A stretch of DNA of 64,000 nt from an uncultured Candidatus Saccharibacteria bacterium (lineage in GTDB: Bacteria > Patescibacteriota > Minisyncoccia > Phycocordibacterales > CAIZLB01), in assembly GCA_964368945.1 (NCBI GenBank), contig CAYJDM010000005.1, positions 22,699 to 86,698 of the forward strand, given 5' to 3'. Made by a program: the position numbers and the translations under genes. This document shows, in pieces, positions 1 through 8,796 of the stretch. A model generated the notes under the pieces. That model was given only the letters and a program-made list of their open reading frames with translations, did not search any database and was not told the origin of the DNA. Numbering within the stretch: the first letter of the stretch is position 1; every line of letters starts with the position of its first letter.

Positions 1-145
1 CCATTGATGGGAGCGATTCGATTGACATCCCTTCTGGAAGCGGTATTCCGGCGCTGACAATCTTTGCAAGCACATCAGATGCGGCAATAATCTTTTGGGG
101 CGATATGTTCCCCCATCCTGTACGAGGCCGATTTTTCGTTTTCAT
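1..145 (-). CDS. Partial hypothetical protein (N-terminus only; gene continues beyond the window start)
   Basis: Reverse-strand ATG at 143-145 (MKTKNRPRTGW...) with an open frame running to the window edge. Divergent from the PadR gene. No recognisable domain. Confidence 0.3.
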   Translation of the reverse strand, partial: MKTKNRPRTGWGNISPQKIIAASDVLAKIVSAGIPLPEGMSIESLPSM

Positions 146-272
146 AAGAACTGAAGCGGGGTTGGGTTTGAAAATCTTTCTTATCATAGATTGCCATGCG
201 GCGGGATTTTGTCAAAGCCGGAGCCATGATCAATGCCTTAGACCTTTTTCCACATACTACCTTGTTCTACAT

Positions 273-296
273 AGTACTATATGATACGCTAGTACT
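273..296 (+). promoter_or_regulatory. Inverted repeat AGTACTA-N10-TAGTACT immediately upstream of the PadR start codon; candidate PadR autoregulatory operator
   Basis: Perfect 7-bp inverted repeat at 273-279 / 290-296, ending 1 nt before the ATG at 298. PadR regulators typically autoregulate through palindromic operators. Confidence 0.35.
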
Positions 297-297
297 G

Positions 298-627
298 ATG
301 AAAGAAATCAATATCGAAGAAACGAAAGCCGGCATGAGACGCGGCATGCTCGAATACTGCATCCTGCTCATCATTTCGCGCGGCAAGATGTATGCATCGG
401 ATATGCTGGGCAAGCTCAAGGATGCGGACCTGATCGTGGTCGAAGGCACCATCTATCCCCTCCTCAACCGATTGCGCAATGACGGGTTGCTGGACTATAC
501 ATGGGAAGAATCCAAGTCCGGTCCGCCGCGCAAATACTATACCCTCACCCAGAAAGGCCGAGATAATCTCTCGCAGCTCAAGACGACATGGAAATCGCTG
601 GTCGAATCAATAGAAACATTAATGTAA
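298..627 (+). CDS. PadR-family transcriptional regulator
   Basis: Winged-helix PadR signature (MLEYCILLIISRGKMYASDM...GTIYPLLNRLRNDGLLDYTWEESKSGPPRKYYTLTQKG). The ATG at 298 is preferred over the longer alternative-start ORF from 196. Confidence 0.8.
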   Translation: MKEINIEETKAGMRRGMLEYCILLIISRGKMYASDMLGKLKDADLIVVEGTIYPLLNRLRNDGLLDYTWEESKSGPPRKYYTLTQKGRDNLSQLKTTWKSLVESIETLM

Positions 628-670
628 TCAAAATCACCAAAAATCACTTAGGCAAGCTAAAATCAATTTT

Positions 671-2587
671 ATGAAAAAAGCACTCACAATAAGCATAGCT
701 CAGACGCTCTTCACCATCGAAGAAGACGCATATGCAAAACTTGATCATTATTTAACCTCGATACGATCTCATTTCGCCCATACAGAAGGACATGCGGATA
801 TCCTCAGCGATATCGAGGCGCGAATCAGCGAGAAATTCACCGAATCCAAGAAGCGGATAATCACGCTCGAGGAAGTCGAGGCGGTCATTGCATCGATGGG
901 ACGAGTAGAGGATTTTGGCGATGCAGAAGATGCCGCGCATGCGCATAGAAGCCATGAAGGCAACCATGCAAATCATGATTCAAACAATGCTGCACAAGGA
1001 GATGCGGCGGCCGGAGATTTTTCTACAGAAAAGAAAAAGAAGCTCTATCGAAATCCTGATGACAAGATCCTTGCAGGAGTGGCATCTGGACTGGGAATTT
1101 ATTTCGGAGTCGATGCATTGTGGATGCGGCTCGGATTCGTTTTGCTGACGATATTCACCAATGGATTCGGAATTCTGCTCTATATAGTATTGGCGCTCAT
1201 TATGCCCGAAGCCAAGACATCCGCGCAGAAGCTCGAGATGGAAGGCAGCCCAGTAACGCTCGAGACGATGAGCGAAAACATACGCGATAATTTCAAAAAA
1301 AAAGTAAAGCCAAAGATGGACGAGCTGAAGGTAAGGCATGGAAATAGCATTACCCGCCTGCTCGCCCTTCCGTTCAAGATCCTCAAGAAAGTTTTTGACA
1401 TCCTCGTGCGAACGGTTTTCCCTCTTATCAGAATCCTGATCGGCGCTTTTATCGCCGTCATATCGCTTGGCGGAATCCTTTTCTTCTCATTCATGGCGCC
1501 GCTCATTCTCACGAATAGCACGGCATACTTCGACTTCCCTCTCATGACAATAGTCTCCGGCCCGCTTATGTATCTCGCGGTGATCGGAATCTATCTCGCC
1601 ATCGTCATTCCTTTGGTTATCATATTCATGCTTGCCATCGGTCTTATCAGGAGAAAAAACATCCTCAGCCTCAAGGTAGGACTGACTCTCCTGGCGATAT
1701 GGTTCGTCGCGACAATATGCGGAGGCGTTGCGGGATTCAATGGCGCGCAGAAGGTCGAGGCATATGCCGATACGAATCCGCTCTATGATAAAACTACCCG
1801 CGACTTCGCCATCAGATCAGATCTCATCAAGAATCTCGAAGTTCAGAGCGGCATCAAGCTCAACCTCGTCCAGATTGCCAAAGATGGCGACACTGCAGCG
1901 AATAGCGGAGGCGTGGGCACTAGCGCGGGCAGCACTACGGAGCCCAGACTCCAAGCAACAGGCCGAACTCGAATCATCGACGATCTCGTAGTACGACAGG
2001 ATGGCGACACCCTGCATATAGAGCTGCTGTCTTCCGCTCGAAATAATTTCTGCTTCTTCTGCAATCTCGATGGCATTGAAGCGACTTTGTATCTGCCTGC
2101 GCTCGACAGCATTACGGCAAAGCATGGCGCGGATATCTCTGTCGATTCGTGGAAAAGCCCCGCCCCATTCAGCATCACTTTGGAAAATGGCGGGCATGGC
2201 GAGATCGACGACCTCATAGCACCAGAGCTTCGCATCAATGTCATCCATGGATCTGAACTCGAATTGAATGCGGACACTTCGACTTCCACGATCGAGATCG
2301 AGAATGGCGCGCGACTCGATATGACCGGAACAAGCACGGCCGTATCGGCCAACGTCAAGCATGGCAGCCGCGTTGATTTCACCGATATGCTCATCAACAG
2401 CGCCAGCGCGATGGCAGAAAACGGCTCCCGCATCATATTCGGCAGTCTCAAGGATCTCAATGCGAATGCCAAGCATGGATCGAGGATCGAATATTCTGGA
2501 TCGCCAAAGGTGATTGAAAAAACATCGAATGGCTCGGTTGTGAAGAATACCAGCGACGATTCCGATTCGGACGAGATCGATTATTAA
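671..2587 (+). CDS. Membrane stress-sensor-like protein: N-terminal DUF1700-like helix, PspC domain, multi-TM region, C-terminal DUF4097 (putative adhesin / toast-rack) repeats
   Basis: PspC domain motif KLYRNPDDKILAGVASGLGIYFGVDALWMRLGFVLL..YIVLALIMPE. Several hydrophobic helices follow. The C-terminus has repeated beta-strand DUF4097-like units (HGSRVDF, HGSRIEY). The gene sits right after PadR, which is the classic arrangement. Confidence 0.75.
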   Translation: MKKALTISIAQTLFTIEEDAYAKLDHYLTSIRSHFAHTEGHADILSDIEARISEKFTESKKRIITLEEVEAVIASMGRVEDFGDAEDAAHAHRSHEGNHANHDSNNAAQGDAAAGDFSTEKKKKLYRNPDDKILAGVASGLGIYFGVDALWMRLGFVLLTIFTNGFGILLYIVLALIMPEAKTSAQKLEMEGSPVTLETMSENIRDNFKKKVKPKMDELKVRHGNSITRLLALPFKILKKVFDILVRTVFPLIRILIGAFIAVISLGGILFFSFMAPLILTNSTAYFDFPLMTIVSGPLMYLAVIGIYLAIVIPLVIIFMLAIGLIRRKNILSLKVGLTLLAIWFVATICGGVAGFNGAQKVEAYADTNPLYDKTTRDFAIRSDLIKNLEVQSGIKLNLVQIAKDGDTAANSGGVGTSAGSTTEPRLQATGRTRIIDDLVVRQDGDTLHIELLSSARNNFCFFCNLDGIEATLYLPALDSITAKHGADISVDSWKSPAPFSITLENGGHGEIDDLIAPELRINVIHGSELELNADTSTSTIEIENGARLDMTGTSTAVSANVKHGSRVDFTDMLINSASAMAENGSRIIFGSLKDLNANAKHGSRIEYSGSPKVIEKTSNGSVVKNTSDDSDSDEIDY

Positions 2588-2626
2588 AAATCGTACGCAG
2601 AGTAAAACGCAGATTATGTAGAATAG

Positions 2627-2661
2627 AAAAGCCCCTGGCGAACGAGTCGTTAGGGGCTTTT
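2627..2661. terminator. Intrinsic terminator hairpin between convergent genes
   Basis: Stem AAAAGCCCCT / AGGGGCTTTT with a 15-nt loop, followed by a U-rich tract. It lies between the stop of the + gene (2587) and the stop of the - gene (2698). Confidence 0.55.
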
Positions 2662-2697
2662 CGGATTTTCAATTCAGTTGCGCGGCGCGCTGCACGA

Positions 2698-3075
2698 TTA
2701 CGGCTTGTCCAGGATCCAGGCCGGAAGGACAAAAACTACGGTATCATCGCCGATCGAGGCCTCTCGCACTTCCCATCCAGGATGCACATTCTTCGAGGGT
2801 GCTTCAGGCGGATCATACACCATGCCGGAATGTCTCACGCAGTGAGCAGCGACACCATCGGCATCGCAGGCGAGAATCGCGCGTTCAGGCTTGAATTTAG
2901 AATGTCGGAAATCATCAGGGAAAAAAGCCAGGCAAGTTCGCGTATGGCCGGTAACCACATGTATTCCATCGAAATGCGTATCGGCTACGCTCGAGACGAG
3001 TCCTGCCAAGCCGTCTTTTCTTCTGGCGACGCCCCAAAGGAGGCTTTTTTCGGTGAGCAATTTTAGTAGGTCCAT
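2698..3075 (-). CDS. Hypothetical protein (125 aa), no confidently recognised domain
   Basis: Clean ORF bounded by terminator-like hairpins on both sides. Sequence MDLLKLLTEKSLLWGVARRKDG...HVVTGHTRT. Function unknown. Confidence 0.45.
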   Translation of the reverse strand: MDLLKLLTEKSLLWGVARRKDGLAGLVSSVADTHFDGIHVVTGHTRTCLAFFPDDFRHSKFKPERAILACDADGVAAHCVRHSGMVYDPPEAPSKNVHPGWEVREASIGDDTVVFVLPAWILDKP

Positions 3076-3192
3076 AAGTCAGTGAGTCTAGATTGTGTTG
3101 GATTTGGTGAATGCTGCACAGAGGATGACATGGAATGAAAATCCGAGTGTACGAAGCTGTCGGAAATCATTACATTCATATTGCAATAAGTC

Positions 3193-3219
3193 AAATGGCG
3201 CGCCTTAAGGCGCGCCATT
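3193..3219. terminator. Perfect 26-nt palindrome (AATGGCGCGCC TTAA GGCGCGCCATT) followed by a T-run
   Basis: Perfect palindrome seen directly, followed by CAAGCGGTTTTTTTG. It lies between two minus-strand genes. Confidence 0.5.
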
Positions 3220-3246
3220 CAAGCGGTTTTTTTGCTTTAATTCCGA

Positions 3247-3753
3247 CTAGGCAAGCGTGATTTTCTCGATCACGATGGGATTCATAGGCCTATCATTCGG
3301 ACCCGTCGGAGACATGCCGATCGCCTCGACGATATCCATGCCCGCAGTCACATGGCCGAAGACAGTATGTTTTCCATCAAGAAAAGCATTGTCCTGAAGG
3401 TTGATGAAGAACTGGCTGCCATTCGTATTCGGTCCGGCATTGGCCATGGAGATAGTGCCGGGCGCATTCCGGTTATTTGCATTCGTGCCTCCGATCTCAT
3501 CAGCGAATTTGTAGCCCGGGCCACCCGTTCCCCAATATGCCGCCTGAGAATCGTCCTTCGTAAGCGGATCACCGCCCTGGATCATGAAGCCTGCAATGAT
3601 GCGGTGAAATTTTACCCCATCATAGAATCCCTCCCCTGCGAGCTTTGCGAAATTCGCAACGGTATTGGGAGTCTGCTCATTATGGAATGCGATCGTGATA
3701 TCGCCCTTATTCGTATGGAGGACCGCACTTGATGGTGTGTTTTGCATTTGCAC
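3247..3753 (-). CDS. ppiB: Peptidyl-prolyl cis-trans isomerase, cyclophilin type
   Basis: Canonical cyclophilin motifs: FHRIIAGFMIQGGDP, GTGGPGYKFADE, SMANAGPNTNGSQFFI, HTVFG. Confidence 0.9.
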   Translation of the reverse strand: MQMQNTPSSAVLHTNKGDITIAFHNEQTPNTVANFAKLAGEGFYDGVKFHRIIAGFMIQGGDPLTKDDSQAAYWGTGGPGYKFADEIGGTNANNRNAPGTISMANAGPNTNGSQFFINLQDNAFLDGKHTVFGHVTAGMDIVEAIGMSPTGPNDRPMNPIVIEKITLA

Positions 3754-3842
3754 AGTGTATCAAAGCGCTCGCCCATTTTCCACCCTATCGTCAAACCCGT
3801 CTCGCGCGCATATGGCATTCGGTTTGATGCTATTATTAATTC

Positions 3843-5081
3843 ATGAAAAATTCAGATAGAAACTATAAGATCATATTGTGCATCCTCCTCATTGCATTTG
3901 GAGTATTCCTCTATTGGGCATATGGATGCTATGCATCAAAGACGGGAGGACAAGCGATGCGGCAGCATACCCTGGCCGATGACAATGCGCGAGAGATAGC
4001 GGTCCTTTCAGACAAGTCGGGCGAGATTGCCTCAGACAAGAATATAAAGACGGCGCATGACAATGCCGATACGCAGACTCCGACAACCGTATATGCGCCT
4101 TATTCTGCGTCGAATCCGCCCAAGACTTTTTCCATACTTGTAATGCCTGATACTCAATTCTATGCGCAGAGCTATCCTGAGATATTCTGCAAGCAGACCG
4201 AATGGATAGCCGCGAACAAGGCGAAGCTCAATATCCAATTCGTCTCTCAGCTCGGCGATATCGTCAATGACCACAAGGATCGCATCGATGAATGGGAGAC
4301 CGCATCGAAATGCATGAAGGTGCTGGACGATTCGAAAATACCTTACGGCATCATTCCCGGCAACCACGATACCGATGGACAATATCGCGAAGGCGGCATG
4401 CTGACATATGACGCATACTTCCCCGCTTCCCGCTATGATTCGAATTATTGGTATAAGGGAAATCGAAAGAATAATCAGAATAATTATCAGATCATCAATG
4501 TCCAGGTTCCCGATGCCGATGCGTCGGCAGGCTCGATCATAAAGCCGGTTGCTCGCACGATCCAGATGCTTTTTCTCAATCTGGAAATCGAGCCGTCTGA
4601 CAATACCCTCGCCTGGGCTAATTCCATTGTCAAAAAATATCCGAATATCTATACGGTAGTCACGACTCATAAATACCTGCCGGACAGCATCAGCAATGAG
4701 GCAGCGGCGGATGCATATGGCAAGCCCGGAGGACTAACGGCGCCGCTCGATGATAATCGCGCATATAGCCAAAGCGGAAATACCGGCCAGAATATCTGGG
4801 ACAAGCTCGTGAAAGACAATTGCAATATCCGCATGGTGTGGAATGGCCACTATCATATGACCGATGGCGAATTCATGCTCGATTCCAAGAATGCCTGTGG
4901 CACGAATGTCCGCCAGATCATCCAGGATTATCAGGCTCGCGAAGTGGGCGGCAATGGCAGATTGCGAATCTATACATTTGATTTCACTGCAAAAAAGATA
5001 AAGGCGCAGACATATTCGCCGCATACGAAATCATACGAGACCGATGCGGACAGCGAGTTTGAAATGGGTTTTGACATCTAG
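3843..5081 (+). CDS. Calcineurin-like metallophosphoesterase with N-terminal membrane anchor
   Basis: N-terminal TM helix (ILCILLIAFGVFLYWAY). Metallophosphatase motifs VMPDTQ, GDIVND, GNHD. Confidence 0.65.
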   Translation: MKNSDRNYKIILCILLIAFGVFLYWAYGCYASKTGGQAMRQHTLADDNAREIAVLSDKSGEIASDKNIKTAHDNADTQTPTTVYAPYSASNPPKTFSILVMPDTQFYAQSYPEIFCKQTEWIAANKAKLNIQFVSQLGDIVNDHKDRIDEWETASKCMKVLDDSKIPYGIIPGNHDTDGQYREGGMLTYDAYFPASRYDSNYWYKGNRKNNQNNYQIINVQVPDADASAGSIIKPVARTIQMLFLNLEIEPSDNTLAWANSIVKKYPNIYTVVTTHKYLPDSISNEAAADAYGKPGGLTAPLDDNRAYSQSGNTGQNIWDKLVKDNCNIRMVWNGHYHMTDGEFMLDSKNACGTNVRQIIQDYQAREVGGNGRLRIYTFDFTAKKIKAQTYSPHTKSYETDADSEFEMGFDI

Positions 5082-5096
5082 TCGATCGGACTCATG

Positions 5097-5135
5097 GTGT
5101 ATCTAACTATCACGTTACGTGATAGTTAGATACAC
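5097..5135. repeat. Perfect 18-bp-stem palindrome with TTA loop (GTGTATCTAACTATCACG tta CGTGATAGTTAGATACAC)
   Basis: Perfect inverted repeat seen directly. Core ACGTTACGT. No adjacent U-tract. It lies between convergent genes. Confidence 0.6.
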
Positions 5136-5159
5136 CACCACAAAGACGCAGACAGGGAC

Positions 5160-5192
5160 GAAGAAACCCGGACGTTACGTCCGGGTTTCTTC
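5160..5192. repeat. Second perfect palindrome, 15-bp stem with TTA loop (GAAGAAACCCGGACG tta CGTCCGGGTTTCTTC)
   Basis: Perfect inverted repeat 25 nt after the first. It shares the central ACGTTACGT core. Confidence 0.6.
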
Positions 5193-5217
5193 TACGTATC
5201 CTCTTCCCCGAATATGC

Positions 5218-6093
5218 TTAGATCTTTGTGAAAACCATCTTCTTCGAATCTGTGCCTGCGAATGTCAGCGTATTGCCAGAAAGGGAGACCGTTGCGCCCG
5301 TATTCAGCATGGAGCCGAACTGCTGCTCATAATCCATGAGGCCGACAGGAGTCGTGCAATACATCATCGTGCCGATCATACTTGCTTTCATGACATTATT
5401 CGTAAGCGCATATGTGCCGCCCATGCCATTGCAGAATTTAGCATTGATCTGATTGCCATTGAATGCCACTGAAGGCTTTGAATCCGTAGCGGCACCGGCT
5501 GGTACGGCAGCGCCATTGAATGAAGTCAGGCGAAATGTCTTGCCATCGAGGCTGGCCGAGAGACCTGTCGCAACTCCCGCGGCTGGCGGAGTCGTTGAAG
5601 CACCCGCGCCGCCATTGACCGCAGACTGGGCAGGAGTAAGGCCGTCGCGGCAATATCCTTCTGAATTCTTCACGACGATGCAATCCTTTTTATCAGCAAG
5701 CCATTTCATGCCGGTATCGGGACCCGTGCCATGATGCAAAGTGAGCGTCTCGAAATTGCGGGTGAATGTGACGCCTTTGCCGTCCGCCGTCTCGTCGCCG
5801 ATGACGGAGATCGGGCCATCAAGCATGACGAAATTCAATCGGTATTTGCGAGGCGCAGTCGATGCGATATATTCGACAGAGAGCGATGTCCCTTCAGGAC
5901 CAACCCATCGGCCTTGAAGCTGCAATGCGGTCGTTGAGTCTGAGCCGCCGTTTGAGCCATTGCTCGTATTCGTATTGGCATCAGTGGGAGCTGCAGGAGA
6001 ATTGTCAGGTGTATTTGCCATGCGAGCGCTCCACATGAGCGCAATGATAACGAGAACGACTACGATGGTCGTAGCGATTGTTGTTTTTTTCAT
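5218..6093 (-). CDS. Secreted/membrane-anchored protein with C-terminal META (HslJ-like) domain
   Basis: N-terminal signal/anchor (MKKTTIATTIVVVLVIIALMWS). C-terminal FCNGMGGTYALTNNVMKASMIGTMMYC...LSGNTLTF fits the META-domain pattern (GCN..G.Y....T.M.C). Confidence 0.55.
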   Translation of the reverse strand: MKKTTIATTIVVVLVIIALMWSARMANTPDNSPAAPTDANTNTSNGSNGGSDSTTALQLQGRWVGPEGTSLSVEYIASTAPRKYRLNFVMLDGPISVIGDETADGKGVTFTRNFETLTLHHGTGPDTGMKWLADKKDCIVVKNSEGYCRDGLTPAQSAVNGGAGASTTPPAAGVATGLSASLDGKTFRLTSFNGAAVPAGAATDSKPSVAFNGNQINAKFCNGMGGTYALTNNVMKASMIGTMMYCTTPVGLMDYEQQFGSMLNTGATVSLSGNTLTFAGTDSKKMVFTKI

Positions 6094-6116
6094 ATATAAA
6101 ATATACAGGTCGGAGA

Positions 6117-7145
6117 TTAAGATTGAATGAACTTGAAGCTCTTTACCATATCTTCCAAAATCCCCTGCACTTTCGCGCGATCGAATTCGGAGATTCCCTG
6201 AGACGGATCATAATTGCCTAAATTCGTAGAGTGGATCGTATACTCGACTGCATAGCAAAGGCCATCGCGCATCGTTCGATAGCTTGTCGTATCATAATAA
6301 TTGCCAGCGCCGGCATCGCCGAGATTGTATTTGCTGAATGCGACGCCATTGATCGTCACCCTGCCAGCCGAGACTGGATTCGTTGCTGAATCGGCAGCAG
6401 GATTCGCGACTTCGGGATTATATCCTGGTGTTTCGCCATTCGATGCGCGCAAACAAAGCTCTATCGATTTCGGATCAGCGCTTGAGCCCACGACGAATGT
6501 AGCTTCGCTGAAATTCGTCTTTGGCTGGAATGATCGCGGAATGACTACGGTTACGAGACGGTCGCCCATCGTATCAGCATTCGCGCGCCATTGCTGCGAA
6601 AGTTCGATTTCGTCGCCGACGACCATGAATTGCTTTGGATATGCGAAAGAGAATGTCTCTGCCTCATTCGTGAACGCATACTTCGAATCAGTGCCGAGCG
6701 TGCCTGAATCATCGCTTGCTACATTTCCAGCTACACAATCCGAATAGATGGCCTTATTTTTTTCCATGACCATCGCCGAATCCCCTTTTCCGATGAATGC
6801 AATATCGCCCTTCTCATATCTGATGCCGGAGCCAGAAACGACTTGAGGCAAAATGAATTCTCTTCCATCCGCCAGTGCGAGGCTCATCATCGAATCGCCG
6901 GCGTTTGTGCCATTGGCACCAGTCGCAGCTGTCTGATTATCGAATTGCGCCGTGACAGTTCCTTCCTTGCAAAAATACATAACTGAATCGTCAGAATCAT
7001 CGGCATCGTTCGCCGCTCCATTGCCATTATTATTCTGCGTCGTCACGCCATTCACCAAAGAAGGATTCATTACAGCAACCCTATCGATGATGATAACCAG
7101 TGCGATGAGAAAAAGCACCGGAATGATTATGTTTTTATATTTCAT
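6117..7145 (-). CDS. Secreted protein with MliC-like (membrane-bound lysozyme inhibitor of C-type lysozyme) domain
   Basis: Signal/anchor MKYKNIIIPVLFLIALVIII. The YFCKEGT...ILPQVVSGSGIRYEKGDIAFIGKGDSAMV...YSDC stretch matches the MliC pattern (Y.C...SGSGArY...KG..A......C). Confidence 0.55.
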   Translation of the reverse strand: MKYKNIIIPVLFLIALVIIIDRVAVMNPSLVNGVTTQNNNGNGAANDADDSDDSVMYFCKEGTVTAQFDNQTAATGANGTNAGDSMMSLALADGREFILPQVVSGSGIRYEKGDIAFIGKGDSAMVMEKNKAIYSDCVAGNVASDDSGTLGTDSKYAFTNEAETFSFAYPKQFMVVGDEIELSQQWRANADTMGDRLVTVVIPRSFQPKTNFSEATFVVGSSADPKSIELCLRASNGETPGYNPEVANPAADSATNPVSAGRVTINGVAFSKYNLGDAGAGNYYDTTSYRTMRDGLCYAVEYTIHSTNLGNYDPSQGISEFDRAKVQGILEDMVKSFKFIQS

Positions 7146-7157
7146 GCCTCAAGTATA

Positions 7158-8090
7158 TCAAATGGTGACATTGATGGGCGCAGCCGGAGGAAGATCGTCA
7201 TGATCATGCTGCTGAGCGACCGGTTGCTGCTGCCCGCCCTGCGGCTGTGCAGCGCCTTGAGAACTGCCCTGAGAACCCACCCATCCTACCGGAGACTGGG
7301 TTGGCGAGGATGTCTGCACCTGAGGCTGACCAGCTTGCTCGCCAACAGGAGGATGATCCGCGAGCGGAATCTGCTCGACCGCATGAGCCTGCGCATGCTG
7401 CTGAGGCGTCATCGGGAAAGGAGCTTGTGGCGGCGTCTCATGAACCTCGCCTGCGACCGGAGCCTGCTGAATGATCGGCGCGCCCGTCATGATGCCGTCG
7501 CGCTTCTGATGATGATATGTATTCGCGACTTCCGCATAGAAAGCGGGATTTGGAATATGGTGCAGGATAAAAATCGGAGCCAATTTATCATCAAGGCATT
7601 TCAAATCGCCAAAGCGGAATATTTTGCCGAGAAGTCCTTCCTCTATCTGAAAGGATTTCACATTCTTCAGGTCGTATACTGTCTGCGAGCTGAATATGAT
7701 TCCCTTTTTTATCTTGATGACATCAGGCGAGATCATATAATAGTCATTGATATGCACCATGATGATGCCGACTATATAGAGCAGATATGAGAAAACCAAA
7801 ACGAAGCTTATGACCAGGCTTGCCGAATTCATCATTGATGGCTGGCCGGCTGAAGGCGCGGCAGAGAATGCATTTGAGAAAAGAGGAATCAAAACCCCTG
7901 ACAAGAGGACCTGCAAAAGCACCCAAGCGACTATCAGTCCGAGCGTGCCGATTGCGATGCGTGTAATCGGTATGATTATATCCTTGCGGACGATATGGGT
8001 ATAAAGCACCTGCGGCTGAGCGGGAGCCTGTACGGGCGCTTGAGGAGCAGGCTGCGCCGATTGCTGTGGCTGAGTCATATCTGGTGGCAT
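7158..8090 (-). CDS. Membrane protein with bPH_2 (YdbT-like bacterial PH) domain and Pro/Gln-rich disordered tail
   Basis: Start reassigned to the internal ATG (MPPDMTQ). It has TM helices, and IKIKKGIIFSSQTVYDLKNVKSFQIEEGLLGKIFRFGDL is a bPH_2-like motif. The C-terminus is low-complexity and P/Q-rich. Confidence 0.55.
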   Translation of the reverse strand: MPPDMTQPQQSAQPAPQAPVQAPAQPQVLYTHIVRKDIIIPITRIAIGTLGLIVAWVLLQVLLSGVLIPLFSNAFSAAPSAGQPSMMNSASLVISFVLVFSYLLYIVGIIMVHINDYYMISPDVIKIKKGIIFSSQTVYDLKNVKSFQIEEGLLGKIFRFGDLKCLDDKLAPIFILHHIPNPAFYAEVANTYHHQKRDGIMTGAPIIQQAPVAGEVHETPPQAPFPMTPQQHAQAHAVEQIPLADHPPVGEQAGQPQVQTSSPTQSPVGWVGSQGSSQGAAQPQGGQQQPVAQQHDHDDLPPAAPINVTI

Positions 8091-8181
8091 GCAATAAGTG
8101 TACGCTCGAAAAAGAAAAACCGCCACCCGGATGGGCGGCGGCTCTTCTTTCAATTCTGCTTTTATGCAGAATTCTTCATTC

Positions 8182-8655
8182 TTACATATTCGGAGTCGAG
8201 GGAGGATTTGAAGGCATCTCTGGCGCAGCAGCTGACGCTGATGGAGCCGATGGAGCAGCGGGAGCTGCAGGAGCCGCAGTCGCAGTAGCCGTTCGCATGC
8301 CCTTTGGATTCGGGCCATACTTATTGTCCGGGCCGCTATCGCCTACTGTGAATACCAGCAATATGATCCATCCGACGAGAGGAATGAGACCGATAAGCAT
8401 CCACCAGCCGCTTCGATTAGTGTCATGCAATCGTCGTGCCAATACCGCAAGAGACGGAATCAAGACAGCAAGAGAGTATATTGATCCTATGATGCCGATT
8501 GACTCTTCCGCACCTGCTTTTCCAATGAAGCCATCGATAAAGCCGAGTACGAAGCTGATAATGATGTTGAATAGGATAAAAAACCAATATTCTGATCGAG
8601 TCGCTCGTCCAGAGAACGTAGCGTATTTCTTCAAAACCGTTAGATAATGATTCAT
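8182..8655 (-). CDS. DUF805-family inner-membrane protein
   Basis: RATRSEYWFFILFNIIISFV...LARRLHDTNRSGWWMLIGLIPLVGWIILLVF is the characteristic DUF805 pattern. C-terminal Ala/Pro-rich tail. Confidence 0.65.
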   Translation of the reverse strand: MNHYLTVLKKYATFSGRATRSEYWFFILFNIIISFVLGFIDGFIGKAGAEESIGIIGSIYSLAVLIPSLAVLARRLHDTNRSGWWMLIGLIPLVGWIILLVFTVGDSGPDNKYGPNPKGMRTATATAAPAAPAAPSAPSASAAAPEMPSNPPSTPNM

Positions 8656-8796
8656 CTGAGTTAAATAATGCTAATAAGGAATCGCCTATAAGTATAGCAA
8701 ATTAGCCCTGTATGCCAGGACGCCCTGGGGATGATGAAGATTGGATGAAGACGATCTTCCTCGACATCGGCACCCACCTCGTCGCATGGATTCGGC

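Noticed and set aside
196-297. 5' extension of the PadR ORF to position 196
   Set aside because: The extension has no similarity to PadR N-termini and would run over the putative operator. The internal ATG at 298 gives a canonical PadR length.
1817-2476. Two >200-aa minus-strand ORFs inside the PspC/DUF4097 gene
   Set aside because: They are antisense to a gene with clear PspC and DUF4097 motifs. There is no independent support.
3193-3219. Synthetic-looking AscI-AflII-AscI palindrome (GGCGCGCC TTAA GGCGCGCC) suggesting a cloning scar
   Set aside because: It is a perfect hairpin followed by a T-run in an intergenic position between two genes. This is fully consistent with a natural intrinsic terminator. 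There is no other vector-like sequence nearby.
8066-8647. 193-aa plus-strand ORF overlapping the DUF805 gene
   Set aside because: The minus-strand frame has the characteristic DUF805 membrane-protein motif. The plus-strand ORF is a low-complexity artefact.
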